A DNA stretch of 64,000 nt, taken from the NCBI RefSeq assembly GCF_964204645.1, contig NC_134033.1, forward strand, positions 16,417,796 to 16,481,795, given 5' to 3'. Of this stretch, positions 23,540 through 37,080 are shown one piece after another. Positions within the stretch are counted from its first letter, which is position 1. Every line of letters begins with the position of its first letter. The translations under genes and the position numbers were made by a program. The stretch comes from Tubulanus polymorphus. Lineage: Eukaryota > Animalia > Nemertea. The notes under the pieces are model-generated. The model worked only from the letters and a program-made list of their open reading frames with translations. It searched no databases and was not told the DNA's origin.

Positions 23540-26500
23540 GCTGAAGATCGTCGGAATCTCGTTAAAAATGAAATACTCGTATTATTTGTCAGTTCATATC
23601 TATAGACACTGGGTCTGTTATCATTAGCCTGATCACTGATTCTATTTTAAGTAATGTACACAGGGTAGATAGTTTAAAGTCGGGTTAAGTTTTATAAAGC
23701 TCAGCAGAAATGAGAAATAAGGTATGAATTTACTGATGTAATTCGACTCAGGACAGTTTTCTCAGGAAAGAAATTTTTGTAATTTTTTTTTCTTTTAAAT
23801 TGTGAACGCATTTAACTTTTGATATTGATATACACATTCATATGGCGTTGTACACTGTATTGATATTCGTTATTTTGTATCGTGAAATTGTATGAAATAA
23901 TTTTTTTGCAATGGATTTAATGATAGCGATTATGGTGTGACTAATAAACGGGTACCGTCATTGTGACCAGATCGGTGTCTATTTTCATAGATTAATGATA
24001 GGAACAACGTAAGTAGTGTTGCACTCTGTATCTTGTATACGGGCTGGTGGATTTTTATTTGTGAAAATAAATGCAGACAAATCAAACAGTTAACTTTTTA
24101 CAATTTTTTTCTCTTCCGTGTGAACTCGGCGGTCTGTGGCAATTCAACTATCAGTGTAATCGGCTGTTATGTGAATTTCCCCTATATCATCCTCGCCTGC
24201 CAGGGGTCCGGTATCACTCCCGAACTCGCTTCCACCAGCAAACAGCTTCTTTTTTTTATCTTAAAATAGGGATAGTCCCTGTTGTTTATTTGGTTTGTAA
24301 ATTTCGTTAGATTTTTTGATTGAGTGTCCCTTACAGACCCACCACACCTGCCGGGAGCGAAACAGGGGGTTTGATTTGGAAATCGGAAATCGAAGTACAG
24401 ATATAGTTGTTTGCTCGGCGGTCTAATTTACAGAATTTTCTTTTTTAAATCGAAGTACACAGCTTTAGCGTAGTGGGTTCGAATCCCTTGACGGGTGAAG
24501 ATGCCCCTATAGGTGCAAGCGAAAGCGGTTGTGTGAAGACTTACTGTCTCCTCCACCCGGTTTAGTTGCTCCGTCGTCATTTCGACTTTTCTCGAAACTA
24601 CCCAAAGAACTGTATATAAGACTATTCGATGGTGGCCGCGGTTGACACCCGCATAGAATTGTTGTAATTTGAAAGAAACTCACGCGTTACACACACGGCC
24701 ATGTGATACTCGGCACCATATCCGTGTTGATAAATATGTTATCAATCACATTATAAATCTAATGTTTGCTTGAAATACACATTATGCATAAAACCACCAC
24801 GTATAGATATGTACGAGAGACTTGGTGCGCATGTATTGCCTTCAACATTCAACAAGGTATGTAGACTTGTATATACTACTAGCACCGTCTTGGACGGGGA
24901 GGGGTTGGGGTGGGGGTTGGGGACGGGGAGGGGTGGGGACGGGGAGGGGTTGGGGGTGGGGGAGGGGGAGGGGTTGGGGGATTGATGTGGAGATATAAAC
25001 AGCGTTACATGTCAATGTGACTAGAGATCCTATGAGATCGCCCTAGTTTGTTGATTTTGTTTTTTGAGAAGTTTCATCTATAGAGGCGATCGATCACTAG
25101 TATTACCCGACAGGTCCGAAATGCCTTGGATACAACCAAAAAAGTCATTTTTTCAGAATTATTCTTCAAACCCTTCTTTTTGCACTGTCGACAAGTTGCC
25201 AGATTATTGAACAATAATTTCTAGGTAAATAGTCAAATTCACCCACTGGATCCGCCCCTGATAATATAGAAAACATAGTTCACGAATGTCCTGAGGAGAC
25301 ATCAGTAGCAATATGGCTGATGATGATGTTATGTATTTCATTTTGTTACGAATTACACCCCACCCATAACCAACCGTCCTCGATGTGTCCCCCAAAACGC
25401 CTTGAACCAATTTATATAGTTATCTTGTTAGGCCCTTTATTTTTCTAGCACACGTCCCCCACCACCCCCGCTTTAAACATTTTCTCTCAGTATAGGCATC
25501 TTTTATCGTTTATGATAAAAGATCCGTTGTTTCGTAAATCGTCGTCAACTCTCATCCCATAATTCTTAATTGACTAAAAAACCCGTATTGCGAGATTATA
25601 TCAAATCGTGTGTAAAATCGAAACTACCCATCAGCCGATGCTACTACATATCAGTCGTATAGACGAAGTTCATATTCATTATTTATCATTACGATTATTA
25701 GAAATATTGATGTCATCAGTATGATTAGGCATGAAGTAGTATGCGAAAGCTTACAAGTAAGTGCTCAAACATTATCCAGAGTATCAAAGTATTGAATCGA
25801 TTAGAAATATTGTCTGATAATTTTTGATTTTCGGATTAGACCGTTCCAAATTAGACCGGTCTAAACTAGACCGGTCTAATTTGGAACGGTATTTTTGCCC
25901 GTGTGAACGCTTGGTCCGCTCTAAATGGGACCGGACCAAATTTAGACCGGTCTAAATTTCGTCGTGTGAACGCGCCTAATGTATTGCTGCATCGCCGGGA
26001 TATGTCGATTACTTCGGTAGTTACTGAACACCTGATAACGGGCATGAGTTCATTTTCAATGAATTCTCCCAGTCAAATTTTCACTCGTTTCTTGAAGGAA
26101 ATCGACTAGTTTTCTTTTTGCGAATGAACTGTAATGATATCGCGACTTGTGGGCTGTTTAGGCTGAAAAAAACCGTACCGTTTCTCCTATAATCGATCGC
26201 TGGTCAATTTTGCAACCGCTATAAAATTCATTTCTCCGCTGGAAATCTTTTCTAAACTCAACAGAAATGAGAAGCGAGGTATCAATTTTTCAGCCTTCGC
26301 TCCCGGAGTTTATGAGGAGATTCTCGTTGGAGTGAAAAGGGACTGAACTGATTATCACAGTCTCGTCAGGTCCGAGTGTCTAGTACACGCAGCACGCAGC
26401 TAAGTCTATCGCGGATCGATACCGTATCCGTAGGTTACAGTATTAAAGTGGGTTAATTGCTTCTAACTGCAGGTTGTAAACTACAATGCACATGTTTTGA

Positions 26501-26540
26501 TGACGTTTTGTGTGACTGTTTAACATCTCTGATTCGTAGC

Positions 26541-26639
26541 ATCCTCCCACGGCAGGGATTCGAACCTGATGGCATCAGCCTCGGCACGAAAGGGTGGCAA
26601 TCTCGATGCCATCAGGTTCGAATCCCTGCCGGGGAGGAT
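26541..26639. mobile_element. Short inverted-repeat element whose arms contain GGTTCGAATCCC
   Basis: atcctcccacggcagggattcgaacctgatggcatc ... gatgccatcaggttcgaatccctgccggggaggat; fragments at 2195-2320 and ~6447. Confidence 0.7.
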
Positions 26640-27106
26640 GATTCGTGGTGACTAAGCCAGGTTATCATTTATGTACGGTAACGTCTAAAGAGGGCGCCAA
26701 TAAAATCGTAACAAATATGTATACATTAACTATTTACAATACATGTACATCCGAGTTGTTGGTAAAACTGCTGACACTACGAGCCGGCTATTACGCCGCA
26801 TCACAGTAACGCAGTACAACCGCAGTACAACAACAACGCCGTATGTGTAGCAGACGACAGAGACATGCGAAATCTCGCTACTTCAACACAACACAAAACA
26901 TCTGCACCACCGTGGCGCGCGGCTGTTAGTGAGTGATACGTTCGGTGTACGGTGGACTGGTGTGCGCGTCGTGAAATCATTGAAAACCGGATAGCGCGGA
27001 TACCTGCGTGAATGATCCATCACCCAGCGACCGCTTCATCGATGGGAAAACAGCGCGAGAGATTACATGTGGACGATTCAGGAATGAATGGCAGTTGTAA
27101 CAACAA

Positions 27107-27138
<32 letters not shown>

Positions 27139-27214
27139 GCGGGAGCAGTAGAAGCAGCGCAATGGACTACAGTTGATCTCCTGATTACTGCATATTGAAC
27201 CGCTCAATGTCAAC

Positions 27215-28932
27215 ATGATTCCGTCTAAGATTCCTCTTAAGCGCATTCTATACAAACTGCGGTCTAAAATTTATTATCATGTGCGTTCGTATCACGGTGT
27301 AAGTACCAGGGGTCTGTGTGTATAATACTAAAATGGGCATTCGGCGATCTCGGGAGAACATATGTCACCGCATTGACACAAGGTTATATATCGTGCATCG
27401 TGGCCTTGTCACATGTGGTCAATGACGAATGCCTTTTTTTGAAAGGCACTTTACAGTTTACCTCTTGACAGTTTCGAGTCGCCGCGGGCAAAAACGAGGA
27501 GCTTCTAAATACTCGTCAAATTGAGGGTTAAGCCAATTTATTTTGCAAATGCAATAAACATGCACAGGTCAGATGGATTGTTCTACCGTGTAACAGCTCT
27601 ACATCTATACATCATAATCATCAATTCTGGAGTCGGTTGCTCAAAAGTTAGTTAAAGCATGGACGCATAAACTAGATCTAGTTTATACGCCCGTGGTTAA
27701 AGTCAATGGCTGCACGGATACTTGCCCTTTTTCCAGTATATATGCCCTTTTCATTTCTTCGTGCTTCTGTCAAAGTTTGTCCCCTGGATCCGTCCCTGTG
27801 GCTGGACGAAACTAACCCTTTATTATTAGTACGCAGGATTTTATATGATCTTTACCATCGGACGGAGAAGTGTATCATTAATAGGGTCGTCATTATCTCT
27901 TTCATTTACTTTCAGATGGCTTGGAAATTGCTGGTGATTCGAGGCCTGAAGATCGGAACCGTTATTCTATTGCTGGTTACCGTTTACCACCTGTTGACCG
28001 GAAATACCCGCCAAAGTTTGCAGCGCATTTTCGTGACGGTCGAGATGGACGACGTCGTCGAGGACGTGCTGCTGGATGACGTGGATTACGACGTGAAGAA
28101 ACACAAGGTCGAGCCGGGTTACGTCGTGCCGAACATCATGCACTACACCTGGTACGACACGCGGCCTGAAAGACTTCGGTTTCGTTTTCACCACCTGATC
28201 AGCATGCTCAGCGCGTACAAATACAACAAGCCGCAAGCGATTTACCTGTGGTACGAGATAATGCCGCGAGGTCCGATCTGGCGCGAGGCGTTGGAACGAA
28301 TTCCGGTGCTGCATCCCATTTATCGCAAAGGGCCCGCCGAGATTTTCGGCAATCAAATCCGCACGCCCGAACACCAGTCGGATCTGGTGCGTTTAGAGAC
28401 CGTTTTGCGCTACGGCGGGATTTACACGGATTTGGACATAATCGTGCTGAAATCGATGGCGCCGTTGCGCAAGTTCAACACCACTCTGGGCAAAGAGGAA
28501 GATGATAAGCTTTGCAACGGCGTCATCATCGGCACCAGGCAGGCGAAATTCTTGAAGATCTGGTACAAACATTACCAGACGTTCGACGATAAAGTATGGG
28601 GCTATCATTCGGTGCAGCTGCCGGCGATCTTAGCCGAAAAATACCCGGCGCTCGTGCACGTCGAAGAGACCAGTTTACACCGACCCAACTGGCGACCGGA
28701 GAACAGACGCTACCTGTACGAACAGGGCCTGTTTTTCAACTATTCACAAAACTACGCCGTTCATTTGTACTACCGCTGGTATAATTACGACCACAACGCC
28801 GAGGATATCAAAACGTTGGACAGCACATTGGGGCGCATATTTCGTCAAGTGTATTACGGGTCGCCGGATTTAATGGGAATTCCGAAAAATGTATCGATTC
28901 CGACGCGAGTCGATGCATTGTTACCAGGATAA
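27215..28932 (+). CDS. Glycosyltransferase family 32 / DXD-motif Golgi type II membrane enzyme (alpha-1,4-GlcNAc/Gal transferase-like)
   Basis: Main exon 27916-28932 follows ttactttcag and encodes an N-terminal TM helix (IGTVILLLVTVYHLL), VPNIMHYTW, HQSDLVRLETVLRYGGIYTDLD, LCNGVI and WGYHSVQLP. A probable first coding exon 27215-27298 (GGT|gtaagt, phase 0) is less certain. The ORF-track start at 27706 is intronic. Confidence 0.9.
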
Positions 28933-28951
28933 TCAAAGAAATAGCTCATGT

Positions 28952-29162
28952 AACTAGTGATGTAGTTTGCGGGGTCCTTGTTTGTGAACCTAGCGATGTA
29001 GTTTGCGGGGTCCTTGTTTGTGTACCTAGCGATGTAATCGATAGGTTTGTAGGGGTCCTTGTTTGTGTACCTAGCGATGTAATCGATAGGTTTGCGGGGA
29101 CCTAGTTTCTGTACCTAGCGATGTAATCGATAGGTTTGCGGGGACCTAGTTTATGTACCTAT
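28952..29162. repeat. Short tandem repeat (~30-41 bp) just after the glycosyltransferase stop codon
   Basis: cctagcgatgta...tttgcggggtccttgtttgtg repeated 5-6 times. Confidence 0.85.
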
Positions 29163-32100
29163 CGCCGGATTGGTATAGGTTTTCCAGGCCCTTATGGCTT
29201 CTTTTTCCTAGTTCTTGGTAGGTTTGCTTGTGCCACCTAGTCAGTGTTATATTTTTTAAAATAGAGCGTACGTATTTTAAGAGCGTTATAGTGTAAGTAA
29301 CTAAAAGCGCGTATTTTGATGTAGGGTTACCACCGTTCCCTCATTCGAAAGCCTAGCGCCTATATACTGATGCGCCTTGTTCAAGTGGACGCTTTAAACA
29401 CGAGCGCTCAAAGGCGAGTAGTGAGGAATGCTTTAAGGTACCTAGTACTGTATTAAGTGCCCGGAATCATCGGCCCCATTGTTTCTCGTGATAAATGGTT
29501 GGCACAAACCGACCCCAAAGGACGTTCTCGATAAAGTCATTTCTTCCAGACTCTGCTGACCACCAGACCGGACGACCTTCCTTAGTGTGGGTCGATACCA
29601 AATTACCTACCCATCAATTGTAAGAACTCCACCGTTTGTAGCGTCCAACAATCAGCGTCTATTGGTTGATACAGTATTGATTTGTTTTGGAATGTGTAAT
29701 AAATTTTCAAATGATTAATTTGTGGATGACTTGTTTTAATTTCCATCGATCTCAGTGCCTTGATTATTTAATTACCTTAAGCTCAACGCACACAGTGCGC
29801 AGGGAAACGCACAGAAACGCCGTGTTTCTCGCCTTGTCCAACGCACACGACGTACTGGTATCCTCACTTGCCAGGGTTTGTTTGTCTCCTGACGAACGGA
29901 TCTGTTCGGCATGGACTGGTGCCCGCCCACGATTTCGTGGGCGGTGGGTGGTAATAGACCAATGAAGGATTTTGTGGCCAGGGTTTGTGTTGTTGTGAGC
30001 AAGCAAGGATGGCCCGTATCCGAGTTTCCTTGAGTCGTATATATCGGGCTTTACTTGTCGTTGTTGTTAAGCTTAAAATCGGAGGGACGAATCGATGCTC
30101 AGCTCCGTGAATACATCAGATCCTGAAACTAAACCACAGTTACGTAGGGGATAGACCTGCAGGGCCACAGTAGCCTCGGTAATTCCAGGATTCGAACCCG
30201 ACTGAATCTTTTGGATGCCGTATAAACCGTTACCATATGCATTGGTTCTGTGTGCACTGTACGTCATCAATTTTGCCCTCTCAAAACAATGATTACAAGT
30301 TTGTATATAATTAGTATATTAACATATATTTCTAATTTCATTTTCGATTAATTTTGATGTGAGAGGATGTTCACTGGCATCATCGATAGAATGCACTAAA
30401 CCGGTTGCCGGTCCAAAAATAACTTTTTGATCATAAATATTATGTATTTCATATCATGACTTAATATCGACAATGTTAAACGATATTTATGTGATTTCAA
30501 GGCGTCAATAAACTTCCTAGTTAGTTTTCTTAAGATGTTCACGGCGATTGCTTTGAATCCACCTTATGATTCAGGAGGAACGGCGACTGACTTGCATCTT
30601 TACTCAGCGTGGTTAAAACGAACGCAGATCAAAGGGCTAATCTGGGGTCCAGGGAAATTAGTCCCCGGCTCCTAAATGTTTAGGTACCCTCGCAACTTTC
30701 AGGAAATCTTTTTCATTTGATAAAGAAATATGAATTTTCATCCCTCATGACAGCCGTAAAAAGCCTTGGAGAACACCAACATTTCGGCTTAATTTTCCAG
30801 GCACGGGAAGCCGCCAGTCACACCCTTCGCTCGTTTCACACCTTAGCGCTCACTACTGACTGGATGCCCTTTGCGATTACCTTTGTGCCCTTCATTACCC
30901 TGGTCTCCACCTTCCAGAAAATCCTAACTCCACCCTTTAGATCTGAGTGTTTAATTCTGCGTTGTCAGTAAGTGAGCCCAACGGAATCCTGCCGTTAGGC
31001 TCAAAATGTCAGGATTCGAACCCCTAGTTGTTGGCTGCTTCATCTTGACGGAATTTTGCTATTCTCGAGTCTACGATATAACCCGTAGGTCGCATCTGTG
31101 TCGTCATAACGAGGATTCCGTGATTCTGAGGTTTACGAAACAACCACAACTGAGTACGACAGCAGCTGATATTCAGTTCCGGGTTTCCTCGTTATTGTTT
31201 TGGGTCGGTCGAATAGGAATAAAATCGCGACGACGGGAACATTCAGATCAAACAGGACTGGATATCTTCAGGAGTTGCAGGATGAGCTCGCTCTCTGTTT
31301 CACCCAGCACTGGCAGTGGTTGTCTCCACCAGTGATCTCCGTCGCTCTACGATCCTAGTGTAACCAACTGTGGTACATCAGACACTAAGATTCTTGGTGA
31401 AGCTCTCTGTAAAGAGCTGCTGCTGTATCGTCAAACTGGTGGTAAGTAATGACCGTCGTTTTCGTGTGTGTAATTTTTCCACGCCCACGGCACAGGCTAC
31501 GTACAGGCTACAGACACAGTACACACCTGACCCACAACCAGCCACAGCAACAGCGGGCCCGGGCCTGACGCAGTCAGTGACGGGACACGACGTCTTTGAC
31601 CCCGGCCCAGTATCCTGGTACAAAAAAAAAACAACTTTATTTTTGTATACTATATGATACTGGGGTCAAAAACTGTCCGGGTCAGGCCCCTGTGAATTTT
31701 GCACTTTTTATGGCATGCTCAACGTCAGTGAACGCTGTTTTCTGAATTGACACTTTTTCTAAGTGAGATTGACTGTGACCCGCGCAGGGGGAAGCCACAG
31801 CATCAATTTACTGAATGACATTCTTTTAATACCACGTTTTAAATGAAATTGAAGTAAATTCACGGCAACGTATTAGAACCTGTCAAAAATCGGTCGCGGC
31901 AATCATAAATTGCTTCCAACACATCTGCTTTCTGTTCCTGAGGTTTGTGAAAATTTCCTCCCAGAGAAAATCTTGAAATGGGGGGAGGAGGCCCGGGCCT
32001 CTCGGGTCCCACTCTTGATCCGCCATTGATCATTAAACTATTATTACAGTTCTGGTAAATGATACAAACTCATTAATTTGGAATTATTGAGTATTCACAT

Positions 32101-32529
32101 TTTTATGCTCTCTCTAAATAAAAAATCTGAAATTTAAAATCCAGATATCAGAATGCAATTGTGCATTATGAAATTGTGCATTGTTTTTACATTGTTTAGT
32201 GTAATGATATTCAATGCTTGAAAATCGATACAGTGTCTGATTCTAAATGTTGACTACACCACCCTTAGACCTGTTCATTGTTTTCAATGAAATATATATG
32301 TTTGAATTCAGTGTCATTCAGGAATATTTCGAAAAGAATTAACTCTAAAAACGCGCGTTGAAAGGCCCCTTCTTCAGTCAGTACATCGCAATGTCAAAAA
32401 GCACATTCTTCAAAAGGATAAAGGAATGCACGAAAGAATGAAACGTGATTTTAAAAGTGGAAGTATTCAACGCTTTACGTATTGCCCAGTGGTATAGGCT
32501 AATTCCGGTGGAAAATTGAAGAGGGTTTA

Positions 32530-33150
<621 letters not shown>

Positions 33151-34527
33151 TGCAGCGAAACCGCAGCAGCACAGCGGATACGACCGTTTATATTACTGCG
33201 TGCTTGTTTAATGTAGAGTTGTATTAAAGCAGGTGACAATTAGTGTCTGGGACCTCGGTGAATCAGTGCGTATAGCTTTGATTTGTCGCAAGCTGTGTCA
33301 AGTATCGGGATTAGACCCCATGGAATAGTGGAATTACGATCGTGTCGCTAGTGGAAATTTAATCGAAATGAATAATTCAATTCGTCATTATTTTGCTCGC
33401 GCGAAGGTGACTGGCGTTCAGAAAAAAAACATCTATTATTCGGATCTTTGATCGGATTTAGAGGGAGGGGGAGAGAGGGAATGAATATTTACAAAGAGCA
33501 AGCGATTACTATGGATAAATACCCTTTACATTTATGTCATTTACGAAATGAACAGCTTGTACAAACAAGTCGTATAGATTTCACTTGTCAGCTCGTGCTG
33601 CTACTCGCATTATTTGAACCCGTACTTTACGACCTGCGCCGTATTACGGTTTTCGAATCGGTCTGCTGATTTCTTATAAGTCTATGTAAAGTTTATGTAA
33701 ACACGACTATGTTTAAAGTCTGGAGGCCGCGCGGCGACATAAATCATTACAACCTAGTTAATGTTATCGAGTATGATATAATAATGATTTCAATCAGGTG
33801 GCCAGATTTTGCAAGAAAATTGAATTCACTCCGGATTATAATGCGCAGATTTTCTAGCTGGTTTGAGGACGTAGTACGTAGGGGGGGGGGGTAGGGGGTT
33901 GCAATCTGATATGTTTCAGTAAAGCTGGTTTGTATGTAATATCAAACTGATTCTATTTCATTCAATTCTAATTCGTCACCGAAATCAAAGTCCAAACGGT
34001 GGCATAGTTTATGTACACACACGAGGATGGAATTTACCCAAAGTTTCTGTTGTCAGTGAAGTCAAGTATAGGTTCCAGTTGCACAGATGTAAATTAGAGT
34101 TAGCTCTGAACTCTGTATCCAATTTTATAGTTATGAGTTAAGAGTTATTTCTGTACTCAATTGTGCTGTTATAGTTAACTCTGAACTCAGGATCCAGTTC
34201 CATGATTGTGAATTTTGAGTTAACTCTAAACTCAGGATCCAGTGCCCCGGTATTGAGTTAGAGTTAACTCTAAACTCCGGATCCAGTGCCCCGGTATTGA
34301 GTTAGAGTTAACTCTGAACTCAGGATCCAGTGCCCCGGTATTGAGTTAGAGTTAACTCTGACAGTGAAATACAGGATCCAATTCTTCAGAGTAAACTTTC
34401 ACTAAAAAGTAAAAACATTGGAAATAAACTGATTTGTACTTTTTATTCTAGTCGAATTTTGATTCTCTTCGGAATAAACTTTTTAAAACTTCTCATTTAT
34501 ATAGAAACATCTTGAGCTGTCGTGAGG

Positions 34528-37048
34528 ATGTCTACGAATGAGGAGGAAAGCGAGGAGCTCGATTCGAAGGAGTTTCCTCCTTTGCCTAAAGATGGCATAC
34601 CTTATGACAAAGGATGGGCTTGGTTGATTGTTGTTGGTGAGTATAGAGACAGATATCAAATTCCGGATGATATCTGGTATTGATCTGCACTCATTGCACA
34701 CTTCACATATGTTCAGTGCTTCACCTGAGAAACATGAGACATTTCAAAAACACTTCATTTTAAAAACACTTCAGCGTTTAATATCTAAAAGGGTTCCAAG
34801 CTGAAGGGGGTTACAGGTTCCAAGCTGGAGGGGTTACAGGTTCCAAGCTGGAGTGGTTACAGGTTCAAAGCTAGAGAGTGTTACAGGTTCCAAGTTGGAG
34901 GGGTTACAGGTTCCAAGCTGAAGAGGGGTTACAGGTTCCAAGCTGGAGGGGGTTACAGGTTCCAAGCTGGAGGGGGTTACAGGTTCCAAGCTGGAGGGGT
35001 TACAGGTTCCAAGCTGGAGGGGTTACAGGTTCCAAGCTGGAGGGGTTACATGTTCCAAGCTGGAGGGGGTTACAGGTTCCAAGCTGGAGGGGTTACTGGT
35101 TCCAAGCTGGAGGGGTTACATGTTCCAAGCTGGAGGGGGTTACATGTTCCAAGCTGGAGGGGGTTACAGGTTCCAAGCTGGAGGGGTTACTGGTTCCAAG
35201 CTGGAGGGTTACATGTTCCAAGCTGGAGGGGGTTACATGTTCCAAGCTGGAGGGGGTTACAGGTTCCAAGCTGGAGGGGTTACATGTTCCAAGCTGGAGG
35301 GGTTACATGTTCCAAGCTGGAGGGGGTTACAGGTTCCAAGCTGGAGGGGTTACAGGTTCCAAGCTGGAGGGGTTACAGGTTCCAAGCTGGAGGGGTTACA
35401 GGTTCCAAGCCTAAGGGGTTACAGGTTCCAGGTTCCATAACTTTAATAAGATGATTTGAAGGTGATTTTGATGTTGTATTGTTGTAGGTAGTTTTACGAT
35501 GCATGCTTTAGTCGTCGGTTTCAACAAATCGTTTGGAATTTTATTCGTCGAGTTTCAATCGATATTTGAATTGACGTCTGCCACAACGTCGTGGATCGCT
35601 GCTATAATGATGACCAGTTTAAACCTCGGCTGTAAGTTAATACACCATTCTCTAGATCGGGCCCCGTGTTAACGGAGTGACCGCCACCTGAAAAATCAGG
35701 GAATCAGAAAAATCTAGGAAAAATTCCTGGGAAACCTGCGGAATTTGACAAGATTTTCCAAAAACATCGAAAACTGGAAAACTTGGGGAATCAGAAAAAA
35801 AATCGGAAAAAACTTGGGGAATTTGACAAATTTTACCGAAAACCTCGAAAACTCGGAGAATTCAGATAATGCTATTGACCACGTGTTTCTTTATCAGTTC
35901 ACCTAGATTCACTCGGGGAATTTTGCGTAATCACGTGGACATAGACGCATTCTCGTTGTTAAATGATTCTCCATTATTTTTTCAGCTCTCGTCGGGACGA
36001 CTTTAAGCGATCATTTTACTAGTCGCCGGATTGTGATAATAGGGGGCGTTCTAATGGGTTTAGCTCTCGTGTTAAGTTCGTTCGCCAGCCGTATCGAGTA
36101 TATATACGTTACCATCGGCCTGGTTTTTGGTAAGTTCCATGATTAGAAAGTTGTCCGGAATTTATTTCAGTTTCCTATATGTTAAGTTCATGAAGTAAGT
36201 ACACAAAGCTAGAACGACCTACGTTATGTACGACCTCATGGCTTCACCTCGGCATGTATTCAGGGGTTGTTCTTTTGGGTCAGGACTCCTGCCTTCCCGT
36301 CGACGCGGAGATCTTTAAACTCTGTAAATTTGACACTCATCCTCTCGGAAAGCGCAAATTTACGGATGTATTTCTCCAAATATGTCTAACACCGAGGGTA
36401 GGAATCCCGCTAAAAGCCTAGGATGCCTTGCTTTATCTGAAAAATGCCCCTTTGTCATTTCTTCTGCACGACCCCTGCCTTCCAATTTTACTAGATCGGC
36501 CTTTCTTTCGACACCAACCACTAAGAAGATTACGCCTTTAGATCCCTGAAAAGCTTGTAGTAACAAAGTAAAACTTTCTGGCAGTAAAATTTCGATTATG
36601 ATTTTCAGGGATTGGTTGTAGTTTCTCGTACGGTCCGAGTATCGTCATGGTCGCGTATTACTTCCACGATCGAATGGCGCTCGCGAACGCCGTGTCGGTC
36701 AGTGGAAGCGGAATCGGCGCGTTCGTACTTCCGCCGCTGGTCACCGCTCTGATCGACGCGTACAGCCTGAAGGGGGCGCTGATCGTCATCGGCGCGTTGA
36801 TGCTGCACATGTGTATCGCGGGCGCGTTGTTTCGTCCGACGTCGTATTATCGACACGCCACGACGATGACGACGACCACAGCGCCTTTATTGTCGACGGA
36901 CGGAGTAAACGGTCGCGAAAAGAATCGCGGCGATTCGCAGGCTACGAGAGAGGAATCGTACCACACGTCTTACGACGAGATTTTATACAGATGCAGTAAA
37001 CGGCAGCTGCGCGGCAGACGAGTCAGTCTGAGTCATAATGATTTATAT

Positions 37049-37080
<32 letters not shown>

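Noticed and set aside
27706-27915. N-terminal 70 aa of the 408-aa ORF
   Set aside because: Lies upstream of a clear acceptor (ttactttcag, 27915) and contains a MITE end; treated as intron.
29400-31700. Autonomous transposon or additional gene
   Set aside because: No recognisable RT or transposase motifs and no consistent exon chain; it contains fragments of a repeat shared with ~5890-6060.
34878-35454. Repetitive ORFs (QVPSWRG...)
   Set aside because: Minisatellite inside an SLC16 intron.
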